Made by a program: the position numbers and the translations under genes
The notes under the pieces: generated by a model
Databases searched by the model: none
What the model was told of the DNA's origin: nothing
What the model saw: only the letters and a program-made list of their open reading frames with translations
Shown: piece by piece, positions 1-14,500 of the stretch
Position numbering within the stretch: position 1 is the first letter of the stretch
Layout of the letters: each line of letters starts with the position of its first letter
From: Balanoglossus misakiensis
Lineage: Eukaryota; Animalia; Hemichordata
Assembly (NCBI GenBank): GCA_040954595.2
Contig: CM082580.2
Coordinates: 672,783 to 736,782, forward strand
Direction: 5' to 3'
DNA length: 64,000 nucleotides

Positions 1-3000
1 GTCCACTATGGCCTGGTTACTGTGTGCTCTGGTTAATGTTGACGCAAAGGTTGACCCCACCAAACACTCAAAATTAATGGGCAGAACACTGTCCACTACG
101 GCCTGGTTACTGTGTGCTCTGGTTAATGTTGACGCAAAGGTTGACCCCACCAAACACTCAAAATTAATGGGCAGAACACTGTCCACTACGGCCTGGTTAC
201 TGTGTGCTCTGGTTAATGTTGACGCAAAGGTTGACCCCACCAAACACTCAAAATTAATGGGCAGCACACTGTCCACTATGGCCTGGTTACTGTGTGCTCT
301 GGTTAATGTTGACGCAAAGGTTGACCCCACCAAACACTCAAAATTAATGGGCAGAACACTGTCCACTACGGCCTGGTTACTGTGTGCTCTGGTTAATGTT
401 GACGCAAAGGTTGACCCCACCAAACACTCAAAATTAATGGGCAGAACACTGTCCACTACGGCCTGGTTACTGTGTGCTCTGGTTAATGTTGACGCAAAGG
501 TTGACCCCACCAAACACTCAAAATTAATGGGCAGAACACTGTCCACTATGGCCTGGTTACTGTGTGCTCTGGTTAATGTTGACGCAAAGGTTGACCCCAC
601 CAAACACTCAAAATTAATGGGCAGAACACTGTCCACTACGGCCTGGTTACTGTGTGCTCTGGTTAATGTTGACGCAAAGGTTGACCCCACCAAACACTCA
701 AAACTAATGGGCAGAACACTGTCCACTATGGCCTGGTTACTGTGTGCTCTGGTTAATGTTGACGCAAAGGTTGACCCCACCAAACACTCAAAATTAATGG
801 GCAGAACACTGTCCACTACGGCCTGGTTACTGTGTGCTCTGGTTAATGTTGACGCAAAGGTTGACCCCACCAAACACTCAAAATTAATGGGCAGAACACT
901 GTCCACTACGGCCTGGTTACTGTGTGCTCTGGTTAATGTTGACGCAAAGGTTGACCCCACCAAACACTCAAAATTAATGGGCAGAACACTGTCCACTACG
1001 GCCTGGTTACTGTGTGCTCTGGTTAATGTTGACGCAAAGGTTGACCCCACCAAACACTCAAAATTAATGGGCAGAACACTGTCCACTACGGCCTGGTTAC
1101 TGTGTGCTCTGGTTAATGTTGACGCAAAGGTTGACCCCACCAAACACTCAAAATTAATGGGCAGGATACTGGCCACTCTGGCCTAGTTAATGTTGACGCA
1201 AAGGTTGACCCCCACCAAACACTCAAAATTAATGGGCACGATACTGGCCACTCTGGCCTAGTTAATGTTGACGCAAAGGTTGACCCCACCAAACACTCAA
1301 AATTAATGGGCAGCACACTGTCCACTACGGCCTGGTTACTGTGTGCTCTGGTTAATGTTGACGCAAAGGTTGACCCCACCAAACACTCAAAATTAATGGG
1401 CAGAACACTGTCCACTATGGCCTGGTTACTGTGTGCTCTGGTTAATGTTGACGCAAAGGTTGACCCCACCAAACACTCAAAATCAATGGGCAGCATACTG
1501 TCCACTATGGCCTGGTTACTGTGTGCTCTGGTTAATGTTGACGCAAAGGTTGACCCCACCAAACACTCAAAATTAATGGGCAGAACACTGTCCACTACGG
1601 CCTGGTTACTGTGTGCTCTGGTTAATGTTGACGCAAAGGTTGACCCCACCAAACACTCAAAATTAATGGGCAGAACACTGTCCACTACGGCCTGGTTACT
1701 GTGTGCTCTGGTTAATGTTGACGCAAAGGTTGACCCCACCAAACACTCAAAATTAATGGGCAGAACACTGTCCACTATGGCCTGGTTACTGTGTGCTCTG
1801 GTTAATGTTGACGCAAAGGTTGACCCCACCAAACACTCAAAATTAATGGGCAGAACACTGTCCACTACGGCCTGGTTACTGTGTGCTCTGGTTAATGTTG
1901 ACGCAAAGGTTGACCCCACCAAACACTCAAAATTAATGGGCAGAACACTGTCCACTACGGCCTGGTTACTGTGTGCCCTGGTTAATGTTGACGCAAAGGT
2001 TGACCCCACCAAACACTCAAAATTAATGGGCAGAACACTGTCCACTATGGCCTGGTTACTGTGTGCTCTGGTTAATGTTGACGCAAAGGTTGACCCCACC
2101 AAACACTCAAAATTAATGGGCAGCACACTGTCCACTAAGGCCTGGTTACTGTGTGCTCTGGTTAATGTTGACGCAAAGGTTGACCCCACCAAACACTCAA
2201 AATTAATGGGCAGAACACTGTCCACTACGGCCTGGTTACTGTGTGCTCTGGTTAATGTTGACGCAAAGGTTGACCCCCACCAAACACTCAAAATTAATGG
2301 GCAGAACACTGTCCACTACGGCCTGGTTACTGTGTGCTCTGGTTAATGTTGACGCAAAGGTTGACCCCACCAAACACTCAAAATTAATGGGCAGAACACT
2401 GTCCACTACGGCCTGGTTACTGTGTGCTCTGGTTAATGTTGACGCAAAGGTTGACCCCACCAAACACTCAAAATTAATGGGCAGAACACTGTCCACTACG
2501 GCCTGGTTACTGTGTGCTCTGGTTAATGTTGACGCAAAGGTTGACCCCACCAAACACTCAAAATTAATGGGCAGAACACTGTCCACTACGGCCTGGTTAC
2601 TGTGTGCTCTGGTTAATGTTGACGCAAAGGTTGACCCCACCAAACACTCAAAATTAATGGGCAGAACACTGTCCACTATGGCCTGGTTACTGTGTGCTCT
2701 GGTTAATGTTGACGCAAAGGATGACCCCACCAAACACTCAAAATTAATGGGCAGCACACTGTCCACTAAGGCCTGGTTACTGTGTGCTCTGGTTAATGTT
2801 GACGCAAAGGTTGACCCCACCAAACACTCAAAATTAATGGGCAGAACACTGTCCACTACGGCCTGGTTACTGTGTGCTCTGGTTAATGTTGACGCAAAGG
2901 TTGACCCCCACCAAACACTCAAAATTAATGGGCACGATACTGGCCACTCTGGCCTAGTTAATGTTGACGCAAAGGTTGACCCCACCAAACACTCAAAATT

Positions 3001-3952
3001 AATGGGCACGATACTGGCCACTCTGGCCTAGTTAATGTTGATGCCAAGGTTGACCCCACCAAAAACTCAAAATTAATGGGCATGACACTGGCCACTCTGG
3101 CCTGGTTAATGTTGATGCAAAGGTTGACCCCACCAAACACTCAAAATTAATGGGCAGGATACTGGCCACTCTGGCCTAGTTAATGTTGACGCAAAGGTTG
3201 ACCCCACCAAACACTCAAAATTAATGGGCATGATACTGGCCACTCTGGCCTAGTTAATGTTGACGCAAAGGTTGACCCCACCAAACACACAAAATTAATG
3301 GGCACGATACTGGCCACTCTGGCCTAGTTAATGTTGACGCAAAGGTTGACCCCACCAAACACTCAAAATTAATGGGCAGAACACTGTCCACTACGGCCTG
3401 GTTACTGTGTGCTCTGGTTAATGTTGACGCAAAGGTTGACCCCCACCAAACACTCAAAATTAATGGGCACGATACTGGCCACTCTGGCCTAGTTAATGTT
3501 GACGCAAAGGTTGACCCCACCAAACACTCAAAATTAATGGGCACGATACTGGCCACTCTGGCCTAGTTAATGTTGATGCCAAGGTTGACCCCACCAAAAA
3601 CTCAAAATTAATGGGCACGACACTGGCCACTCTGGCCTGGTTAATGTTGATGCAAAGGTTGACCCCACCAAACACTCAAAATTAATGGGCAGGATACTGG
3701 CCACTCTGGCCTAGTTAATGTTGACGCAAAGGTTGACCCCACCAAACACTCAAAATTAATGGGCATGATACTGGCCACTCTGGCCTAGTTAATGTTGACG
3801 CAAAGGTTGACCCCACCAAACACTCAAAATTAATGGGCACGATACTGGCCACTCTGGCCTAGTTAATGTTGACGCAAAGGTTGACCCCACCAAACACTCA
3901 AAATTAATGGGCAGAACACTGTCCACTATGGCCTGGTTACTGTGTGCTCTGG

Positions 3953-4783
3953 CACGGTTACTAGAAGAAGACGGTTAGGAAACTCTATTGTTCGGAAGGT
4001 GTGAACGAGGTGTTAGCTAGGAGAGTCCATGTCCGAACCGCTATGTGGGGTTGTATTGGGGAACGTAGCTAATTTTTGAACCCCTTCATCTGCCCTTTTT
4101 CGTCAGAGTACAGCGCCACTTTTTTTTGTACGAATTCCATATAGGCTTATGGAGTGCACGGTCATAGTCTGTTGGGCTTGTGACACTCTACCATTGTTTC
4201 TTGGGTGGTTAACTTAAAATCCGGATTCAAATAGCGTCGAATTTTGAACCCCTAGAATTCAACCCTGATGGTCGCATTTCTGTTTTTTTTAAATATATTT
4301 AGATATTTTACACCTTTTTGTATTGCATGGGCTATTTCGTTTATTCCAATTGGAATATTTCGTTGAGATTCATTGCATACCCATTTCGATACAGTCGTTA
4401 ATTTAACATTATCGATATAGCCTTTGGCGGCCATCTTGTTTGTTTTGGTTCGCATCGAATCTCTAGGGCACAGTCAAGACAAAGAATGTATGGCTTCATC
4501 ATGTCCTTGAAAGTTCAAAATTGTCATAAATGTGTTGTGACTTTATAAATTATCCATCCTCTGTTCTGTTTTCTTCAATTCTGGTGGTCTACGTACTGTG
4601 CGTGCAAGCAATTCCGTAAACACGAGTATGGTTTGCTTTGGATTGTGGGGGAATGACGTCATTATTCGTACGGCCAGGCTCGTTAGCACCTGATATCTTT
4701 CGTTTACACTAAGTGTTTACCGAGGCGAGCATCTAACAATGGAGAAAAAATAGTTTCCTAACCGTCTTCTTCTAGTAACCGTG
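3953..4783. mobile_element. Non-autonomous TIR DNA transposon (MITE), P-element-like
   Basis: Perfect 32-bp TIRs (cacggttactagaagaagacggttaggaaact) and a 7-bp target duplication GCTCTGG (3946-3952 / 4784-4790). CANRG termini with a 7-8 bp TSD fit the P superfamily; the superfamily call is inference. Confidence 0.85.
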
Positions 4784-7700
4784 GCTCTGGTTAATGTTGA
4801 CGCAAAGGTTGACCCCACCAAACACTCAAAATTAATGGGCAGAACACTGTCCACTACGGCCTGGTTACTGTGTGCTCTGATTAATGTTGACGCAAAGGTT
4901 GACCCCACCAAACACTCAAAATTAATGGGCAGAACACTGTCCACTATGGCCTGGTTACTCTGTGCTCTGGTTAATGTTGACGCAAAGGTTGACCCCACCA
5001 AACACTCAAAATTAATGGGCAGAACACTGTCCACTACGGCCTGGTTACTGTGTGCTCTGGTTAATGTTGACGCAAAGGTTGACCCCACCAAACACTCAAA
5101 ATTAATGGGCAGAACACTGTCCACTATGGCCTGGTTACTGTGTGCTCTGGTTAATGTTGACGCAAAGGTTGACCCCACCAAACACTCAAAATTAATGGGC
5201 AGAACACTGTCCACTACGGCCTGGTTACTGTGTGCTCTGGTTAATGTTGACGCAAAGGTTGACCCCACCAAACACTCAAAATTAATGGGCAGAACACTGT
5301 CCACTACGGCCTGGTTACTGTGTGCTCTGGTTAATGTTGACGCAAAGGTTGACCCCACCAAACACTCAAAATTAATGGGCAGAACACTGTCCACTATGGC
5401 CTGGTTACTGTGTGCTCTGGTTAATGTTGACGCAAAGGTTGACCCCACCAAACACTCAAAATTAATGGGCAGCACACTGTCCACTATGGCCTGGTTACTG
5501 TGTGCTCTGGTTAATGTTGACGCAAAGGTTGACCCCACCAAACACTCAAAATTAATGGGCAGAACACTGTCCACTACGGCCTGGTTACTGTGTGCTCTGG
5601 TTAATGTTGACGCAAAGGTTGACCCCACCAAACACTCAAAATTAATGGGCAGAACACTGTCCACTACGGCCTGGTTACTGTGTGCTCTGGTTAATGTTGA
5701 CGCAAAGGTTGACCCCACCAAACACTCAAAATTAATGGGCAGAACACTGTCCACTACGGCCTGGTTACTGTGTGCTCTGGTTAATGTTGACGCAAAGGTT
5801 GACCCCACCAAACACTCAAAATTAATGGGCAGAACACTGTCCACTACGGCCTGGTTACTGTGTGCTCTGGTTAATGTTGACGCAAAGGTTGACCCCACCA
5901 AACACTCAAAATTAATGGGCAGAACACTGTCCACTACGGCCTGGTTACTGTGTGCTCTGGTTAATGTTGACGCAAAGGTTGACCCCACCAAACACTCAAA
6001 ATTAATGGGCAGAACACTGTCCACTACGGCCTGGTTACTGTGTGCTCTGGTTAATGTTGACGCAAAGGTTGACCCCACCAAACACTCAAAATTAATGGGC
6101 AGAACACTGTCCACTATGGCCTGGTTACTGTGTGCTCTGGTTAATGTTGACGCAAAGGTTGACCCCACCAAACACTCAAAATTAATGGGCAGCACACTGT
6201 CCACTATGGCCTGGTTACTGTGTGCTCTGGTTAATGTTGACGCAAAGGTTGACCCCACCAAACACTCAAAATTAATGGGCAGAACACTGTCCACTACGGC
6301 CTGGTTACTGTGTGCTCTGGTTAATGTTGACGCAAAGGTTGACCCCACCAAACACTCAAAATTAATGGGCAGAACACTGTCCACTACGGCCTGGTTACTG
6401 TGTGCTCTGGTTAATGTTGACGCAAAGGTTGACCCCACCAAACACTCAAAATTAATGGGCAGAACACTGTCCACTACGGCCTGGTTACTGTGTGCTCTGG
6501 TTAATGTTGACGCAAAGGTTGACCCCACCAAACACTCAAAATTAATGGGCAGAACACTGTCCACTATGGCCTGGTTACTGTGTGCTCTGGTTAATGTTGA
6601 CGCAAAGGTTGACCCCACCAAACACTCAAAATTAATGGGCAGCACACTGTCCACTATGGCCTGGTTACTGTGTGCTCTGGTTAATGTTGACGCAAAGGTT
6701 GACCCCACCAAACACTCAAAATTAATGGGCAGAACACTGTCCACTACGGCCTGGTTACTGTGTGCTCTGGTTAATGTTGACGCAAAGGTTGACCCCACCA
6801 AACACTCAAAATTAATGGGCAGAACACTGTCCACTACGGCCTGGTTACTGTGTGCTCTGGTTAATGTTGACGCAAAGGTTGACCCCACCAAACACTCAAA
6901 ATTAATGGGCAGAACACTGTCCACTACGGCCTGGTTACTGTGTGCTCTGGTTAATGTTGACGCAAAGGTTGACCCCACCAAACACTCAAAATTAATGGGC
7001 AGAACACTGTCCACTACGGCCTGGTTACTGTGTGCTCTGGTTAATGTTGACGCAAAGGTTGACCCCACCAAACACTCAAAATTAATGGGCAGGATACTGG
7101 CCACTCTGGCCTAGTTAATGTTGACGCAAAGGTTGACCCCCACCAAACACTCAAAATTAATGGGCACGATACTGGCCACTCTGGCCTAGTTAATGTTGAC
7201 GCAAAGGTTGACCCCACCAAACACTCAAAATTAATGGGCAGCACACTGTCCAATACGGCCTGGTTACTGTGTGCTCTGGTTAATGTTGACGCAAAGGTTG
7301 ACCCCACCAAACACTCAAAATTAATGGGCAGAACACTGTCCACTATGGCCTGGTTACTGTGTGCTCTGGTTAATGTTGACGCAAAGGTTGACCCCACCAA
7401 ACACTCAAAATCAATGGGCAGCATACTGTCCACTATGGCCTGGTTACTGTGTGCTCTGGTTAATGTTGACGCAAAGGTTGACCCCACCAAACACTCAAAA
7501 TTAATGGGCAGAACACTGTCCACTACGGCCTGGTTACTGTGTGCTCTGGTTAATGTTGACGCAAAGGTTGACCCCACCAAACACTCAAAATTAATGGGCA
7601 GAACACTGTCCACTACGGCCTGGTTACTGTGTGCTCTGGTTAATGTTGACGCAAAGGTTGACCCCACCAAACACTCAAAATTAATGGGCAGAACACTGTC

Positions 7701-10700
7701 CACTATGGCCTGGTTACTGTGTGCTCTGGTTAATGTTGACGCAAAGGTTGACCCCACCAAACACTCAAAATTAATGGGCAGAACACTGTCCACTACGGCC
7801 TGGTTACTGTGTGCTCTGGTTAATGTTGACGCAAAGGTTGACCCCACCAAACACTCAAAATTAATGGGCAGAACACTGTCCACTACGGCCTGGTTACTGT
7901 GTGCCCTGGTTAATGTTGACGCAAAGGTTGACCCCACCAAACACTCAAAATTAATGGGCAGAACACTGTCCACTATGGCCTGGTTACTGTGTGCTCTGGT
8001 TAATGTTGACGCAAAGGTTGACCCCACCAAACACTCAAAATTAATGGGCAGCACACTGTCCACTAAGGCCTGGTTACTGTGTGCTCTGGTTAATGTTGAC
8101 GCAAAGGTTGACCCCACCAAACACTCAAAATTAATGGGCAGAACACTGTCCACTACGGCCTGGTTACTGTGTGCTCTGGTTAATGTTGACGCAAAGGTTG
8201 ACCCCCACCAAACACTCAAAATTAATGGGCACGATACTGGCCACTCTGGCCTAGTTAATGTTGACGCAAAGGTTGACCCCACCAAACACTCAAAATCAAT
8301 GGGCAGCATACTGTCCACTATGGCCTGGTTACTGTGTGCTCTGGTTAATGTTGACGCAAAGGTTGACCCCACCAAACACTCAAAATTAATGGGCAGCACA
8401 CTGTCCACTACGGCCTGGTTACTGTGTGCTCTGGTTAATGTTGATGCAAAGGTTGACCCCACCAAACACTCAAAATTAATGGGCAGAACACTGTCCACTA
8501 TGGCCTGGTTACTGTGTGCTCTGGTTAATGTTGATGCAAAGGTTGACCCCACCAAACACTCAAAATTAATGGGCAGGATACTGGCCACTCTGGCCTAGTT
8601 AATGTTGACGCAAAGGTTGACCCCCACCAAACACTCAAAATTAATGGGCACGATACTGGCCACTCTGGCCTAGTTAATGTTGACGCAAAGGTTGACCCCA
8701 CCAAACACTCAAAATTAATGGGCAGCACACTGTCCACTACGGCCTGGTTACTGTGTGCTCTGGTTAATGTTGACGCAAAGGTTGACCCCACCAAACACTC
8801 AAAATTAATGGGCAGAACACTGTCCACTATGGCCTGGTTACTGTGTGCTCTGGTTAATGTTGACGCAAAGGTTGACCCCACCAAACACTCAAAATTAATG
8901 GGCAGAACACTGTCCACTACGGCCTGGTTATTGTGTGCTCTGGTTAATGTTGACGCAAAGGTTGACGCCACCAAACACTCAAAATCAATGGGCAGCATAC
9001 TGTCCACTATGGCCTGGTTACTGTGTGCTCTGGTTAATGTTGACGCAAAGGTTGACCCCACCAAACACTCAAAATTAATGGGCAGAACACTGTCCACTAC
9101 GGCCTGGTTACTGTGTGCTCTGGTTAATGTTGACGCAAAGGTTGACCCCACCAAACACTCAAAATTAATGGGCAGAACACTGTCCACTACGGCCTGGTTA
9201 CTGTGTGCTCTGGTTAATGTTGACGCAAAGGTTGACCCCACCAAACACTCAAAATTAATGGGCAGAACACTGTCCACTACGGCCTGGTTACTGTGTGCTC
9301 TGGTTAATGTTGACGCAAAGGTTGACCCCACCAAACACTCAAAATTAATGGGCAGAACACTGTCCACTACGGCCTGGTTACTGTGTGCTCTGGTTAATGT
9401 TGACGCAAAGGTTGACCCCACCAAACACTCAAAATTAATGGGCAGAACACTGTCCACTATGGCCTGGTTACTGTGTGCTCTGGTTAATGTTGACGCAAAG
9501 GTTGACCCCACCAAACACTCAAAATTAATGGGCAGCACACTGTCCACTAAGGCCTGGTTACTGTGTGCTCTGGTTAATGTTGACGCAAAGGTTGACCCCA
9601 CCAAACACTCAAAATTAATGGGCAGAACACTGTCCACTACGGCCTGGTTACTGTGTGCTCTGGTTAATGTTGACGCAAAGGTTGACCCCCACCAAACACT
9701 CAAAATTAATGGGCACGATACTGGCCACTCTGGCCTAGTTAATGTTGACGCAAAGGTTGACCCCACCAAACACTCAAAATTAATGGGCACGATACTGGCC
9801 ACTCTGGCCTAGTTAATGTTGATGCCAAGGTTGACCCCACCAAAAACTCAAAATTAATGGGCATGACACTGGCCACTCTGGCCTGGTTAATGTTGATGCA
9901 AAGGTTGACCCCACCAAACACTCAAAATTAATGGGCAGGATACTGGCCACTCTGGCCTAGTTAATGTTGACGCAAAGGTTGACCCCACCAAACACTCAAA
10001 ATTAATGGGCATGATACTGGCCACTCTGGCCTAGTTAATGTTGACGCAAAGGTTGACCCCACCAAACACACAAAATTAATGGGCACGATACTGGCCACTC
10101 TGGCCTAGTTAATGTTGACGCAAAGGTTGACCCCACCAAACACTCAAAATTAATGGGCAGAACACTGTCCACTACGGCCTGGTTACTGTGTGCTCTGGTT
10201 AATGTTGACGCAAAGGTTGACCCCCACCAAACACTCAAAATTAATGGGCACGATACTGGCCACTCTGGCCTAGTTAATGTTGACGCAAAGGTTGACCCCA
10301 CCAAACACTCAAAATTAATGGGCACGATACTGGCCACTCTGGCCTAGTTAATGTTGATGCCAAGGTTGACCCCACCAAAAACTCAAAATTAATGGGCACG
10401 ACACTGGCCACTCTGGCCTGGTTAATGTTGATGCAAAGGTTGACCCCACCAAACACTCAAAATTAATGGGCAGGATACTGGCCACTCTGGCCTAGTTAAT
10501 GTTGACGCAAAGGTTGACCCCACCAAACACTCAAAATTAATGGGCATGATACTGGCCACTCTGGCCTAGTTAATGTTGACGCAAAGGTTGACCCCACCAA
10601 ACACTCAAAATTAATGGGCACGATACTGGCCACTCTGGCCTAGTTAATGTTGACGCAAAGGTTGACCCCACCAAACACTCAAAATTAATGGGCAGAACAC

Positions 10701-10733
10701 TGTCCACTATGGCCTGGTTACTGTGTGCTCTGG

Positions 10734-11565
10734 CACGGTTACTAGAAGAAGACGGTTAGGAAACTCTATTGTTCGGAAGGTGTGAACGAGGTGTTAGCTA
10801 GGAGAGTCCATGTCCGAACCGCTATGTGGGGTTGTATTGGGGAACGTAGCTAATTTTTGAACCCCTTCATCTGCCCTTTTTCGTCAGAGTACAGCGCCAC
10901 TTTTTTTTTGTACGAATTCCATATAGGCTTATGGAGTGCACGGTCATAGTCTGTTGGGCTTGTGACACTCTACCATTGTTTCTTGGGTGGTTAACTTAAA
11001 ATCCGGATTCAAATAGCGTCGAATTTTGAACCCCTAGAATTCAACCCTGATGGTCGCATTTCTGTTTTTTTTAAATATATTTAGATATTTTACACCTTTT
11101 TGTATTGCATGGGCTATTTCGTTTATTCCAATTGGAATATTTCGTTGAGATTCATTGCATACCCATTTCGATACAGTCGTTAATTTAACATTATCGATAT
11201 AGCCTTTGGCGGCCATCTTGTTTGTTTTGGTTCGCATCGAATCTCTAGGGCACAGTCAAGACAAAGAATGTATGGCTTCATCATGTCCTTGAAAGTTCAA
11301 AATTGTCATAAATGTGTTGTGACTTTATAAATTATCCATCCTCTGTTCTGTTTTCTTCAATTCTGGTGGTCTACGTACTGTGCGTGCAAGCAATTCCGTA
11401 AACACGAGTATGGTTTGCTTTGGATTGTGGGGGAATGACGTCATTATTCGTACGGCCAGGCTCGTTAGCACCTGATATCTTTCGTTTACACTAAGTGTTT
11501 ACCGAGGCGAGCATCTAACAATGGAGAAAAAATAGTTTCCTAACCGTCTTCTTCTAGTAACCGTG
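10734..11565. mobile_element. Second copy of the P-like MITE
   Basis: Identical to 3953-4783 except one extra T in a T-run. Same TSD and same flanking monomer variants; offset 6781 bp. Confidence 0.85.
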
Positions 11566-14500
11566 GCTCTGGTTAATGTTGACGCAAAGGTTGACCCCAC
11601 CAAACACTCAAAATTAATGGGCAGAACACTGTCCACTACGGCCTGGTTACTGTGTGCTCTGATTAATGTTGACGCAAAGGTTGACCCCACCAAACACTCA
11701 AAATTAATGGGCAGAACACTGTCCACTATGGCCTGGTTACTCTGTGCTCTGGTTAATGTTGACGCAAAGGTTGACCCCACCAAACACTCAAAATTAATGG
11801 GCAGCACACTGTCCACTATGGCCTGGTTACTGTGTGCTCTGGTTAATGTTGACGCAAAGGTTGACCCCACCAAACACTCAAAATTAATGGGCAGAACACT
11901 GTCCACTACGGCCTGGTTACTGTGTGCTCTGGTTAATGTTGACGCAAAGGTTGACCCCACCAAACACTCAAAATTAATGGGCAGAACACTGTCCACTATG
12001 GCCTGGTTACTGTGTGCTCTGGTTAATGTTGACGCAAAGGTTGACCCCACCAAACACTCAAAATTAATGGGCAGAACACTGTCCACTACGGCCTGGTTAC
12101 TGTGTGCTCTGGTTAATGTTGACGCAAAGGTTGACCCCACCAAACACTCAAAATTAATGGGCAGAACACTGTCCACTACGGCCTGGTTACTGTGTGCTCT
12201 GGTTAATGTTGACGCAAAGGTTGACCCCACCAAACACTCAAAATTAATGGGCAGAACACTGTCCACTATGGCCTGGTTACTGTGTGCTCTGGTTAATGTT
12301 GACGCAAAGGTTGACCCCACCAAACACTCAAAATTAATGGGCAGCACACTGTCCACTATGGCCTGGTTACTGTGTGCTCTGGTTAATGTTGACGCAAAGG
12401 TTGACCCCACCAAACACTCAAAATTAATGGGCAGAACACTGTCCACTACGGCCTGGTTACTGTGTGCTCTGGTTAATGTTGACGCAAAGGTTGACCCCAC
12501 CAAACACTCAAAATTAATGGGCAGAACACTGTCCACTACGGCCTGGTTACTGTGTGCTCTGGTTAATGTTGACGCAAAGGTTGACCCCACCAAACACTCA
12601 AAATTAATGGGCAGAACACTGTCCACTACGGCCTGGTTACTGTGTGCTCTGGTTAATGTTGACGCAAAGGTTGACCCCACCAAACACTCAAAATTAATGG
12701 GCAGAACACTGTCCACTACGGCCTGGTTACTGTGTGCTCTGGTTAATGTTGACGCAAAGGTTGACCCCACCAAACACTCAAAATTAATGGGCAGAACACT
12801 GTCCACTACGGCCTGGTTACTGTGTGCTCTGGTTAATGTTGACGCAAAGGTTGACCCCACCAAACACTCAAAATTAATGGGCAGAACACTGTCCACTATG
12901 GCCTGGTTACTGTGTGCTCTGGTTAATGTTGACGCAAAGGTTGACCCCACCAAACACTCAAAATTAATGGGCAGCACACTGTCCACTATGGCCTGGTTAC
13001 TGTGTGCTCTGGTTAATGTTGACGCAAAGGTTGACCCCACCAAACACTCAAAATTAATGGGCAGAACACTGTCCACTACGGCCTGGTTACTGTGTGCTCT
13101 GGTTAATGTTGACGCAAAGGTTGACCCCACCAAACACTCAAAATTAATGGGCAGAACACTGTCCACTACGGCCTGGTTACTGTGTGCTCTGGTTAATGTT
13201 GACGCAAAGGTTGACCCCACCAAACACTCAAAATTAATGGGCAGAACACTGTCCACTATGGCCTGGTTACTGTGTGCTCTGGTTAATGTTGACGCAAAGG
13301 TTGACCCCACCAAACACTCAAAATTAATGGGCAGAACACTGTCCACTACGGCCTGGTTACTGTGTGCTCTGGTTAATGTTGACGCAAAGGTTGACCCCAC
13401 CAAACACTCAAAACTAATGGGCAGAACACTGTCCACTATGGCCTGGTTACTGTGTGCTCTGGTTAATGTTGACGCAAAGGTTGACCCCACCAAACACTCA
13501 AAATTAATGGGCAGCACACTGTCCACTATGGCCTGGTTACTGTGTGCTCTGGTTAATGTTGACGCAAAGGTTGACCCCACCAAACACTCAAAATTAATGG
13601 GCAGCACACTGTCCACTATGGCCTGGTTACTGTGTGCTCTGGTTAATGTTGACGCAAAGGTTGACCCCACCAAACACTCAAAATTAATGGGCAGAACACT
13701 GTCCACTACGGCCTGGTTACTGTGTGCTCTGGTTAATGTTGACGCAAAGGTTGACCCCACCAAACACTCAAAATTAATGGGCAGAACACTGTCCACTACG
13801 GCCTGGTTACTGTGTGCTCTGGTTAATGTTGACGCAAAGGTTGACCCCACCAAACACTCAAAATTAATGGGCAGAACACTGTCCACTATGGCCTGGTTAC
13901 TGTGTGCTCTGGTTAATGTTGACGCAAAGGTTGACCCCACCAAACACTCAAAATTAATGGGCAGAACACTGTCCACTACGGCCTGGTTACTGTGTGCTCT
14001 GGTTAATGTTGACGCAAAGGTTGACCCCACCAAACACTCAAAACTAATGGGCAGAACACTGTCCACTACGGCCTGGTTACTGTGTGCTCTGGTTAATGTT
14101 GACGCAAAGGTTGACCCCACCAAACACTCAAAATTAATGGGCAGAACACTGTCCACTACGGCCTGGTTACTGTGTGCTCTGGTTAATGTTGACGCAAAGG
14201 TTGACCCCACCAAACACTCAAAATTAATGGGCAGAACACTGTCCACTACGGCCTGGTTACTGTGTGCTCTGGTTAATGTTGACGCAAAGGTTGACCCCAC
14301 CAAACACTCAAAATTAATGGGCAGAACACTGTCCACTATGGCCTGGTTACTGTGTGCTCTGGTTAATGTTGACGCAAAGGTTGACCCCACCAAACACTCA
14401 AAATTAATGGGCAGCACACTGTCCACTATGGCCTGGTTACTGTGTGCTCTGGTTAATGTTGACGCAAAGGTTGACCCCACCAAACACTCAAAATTAATGG

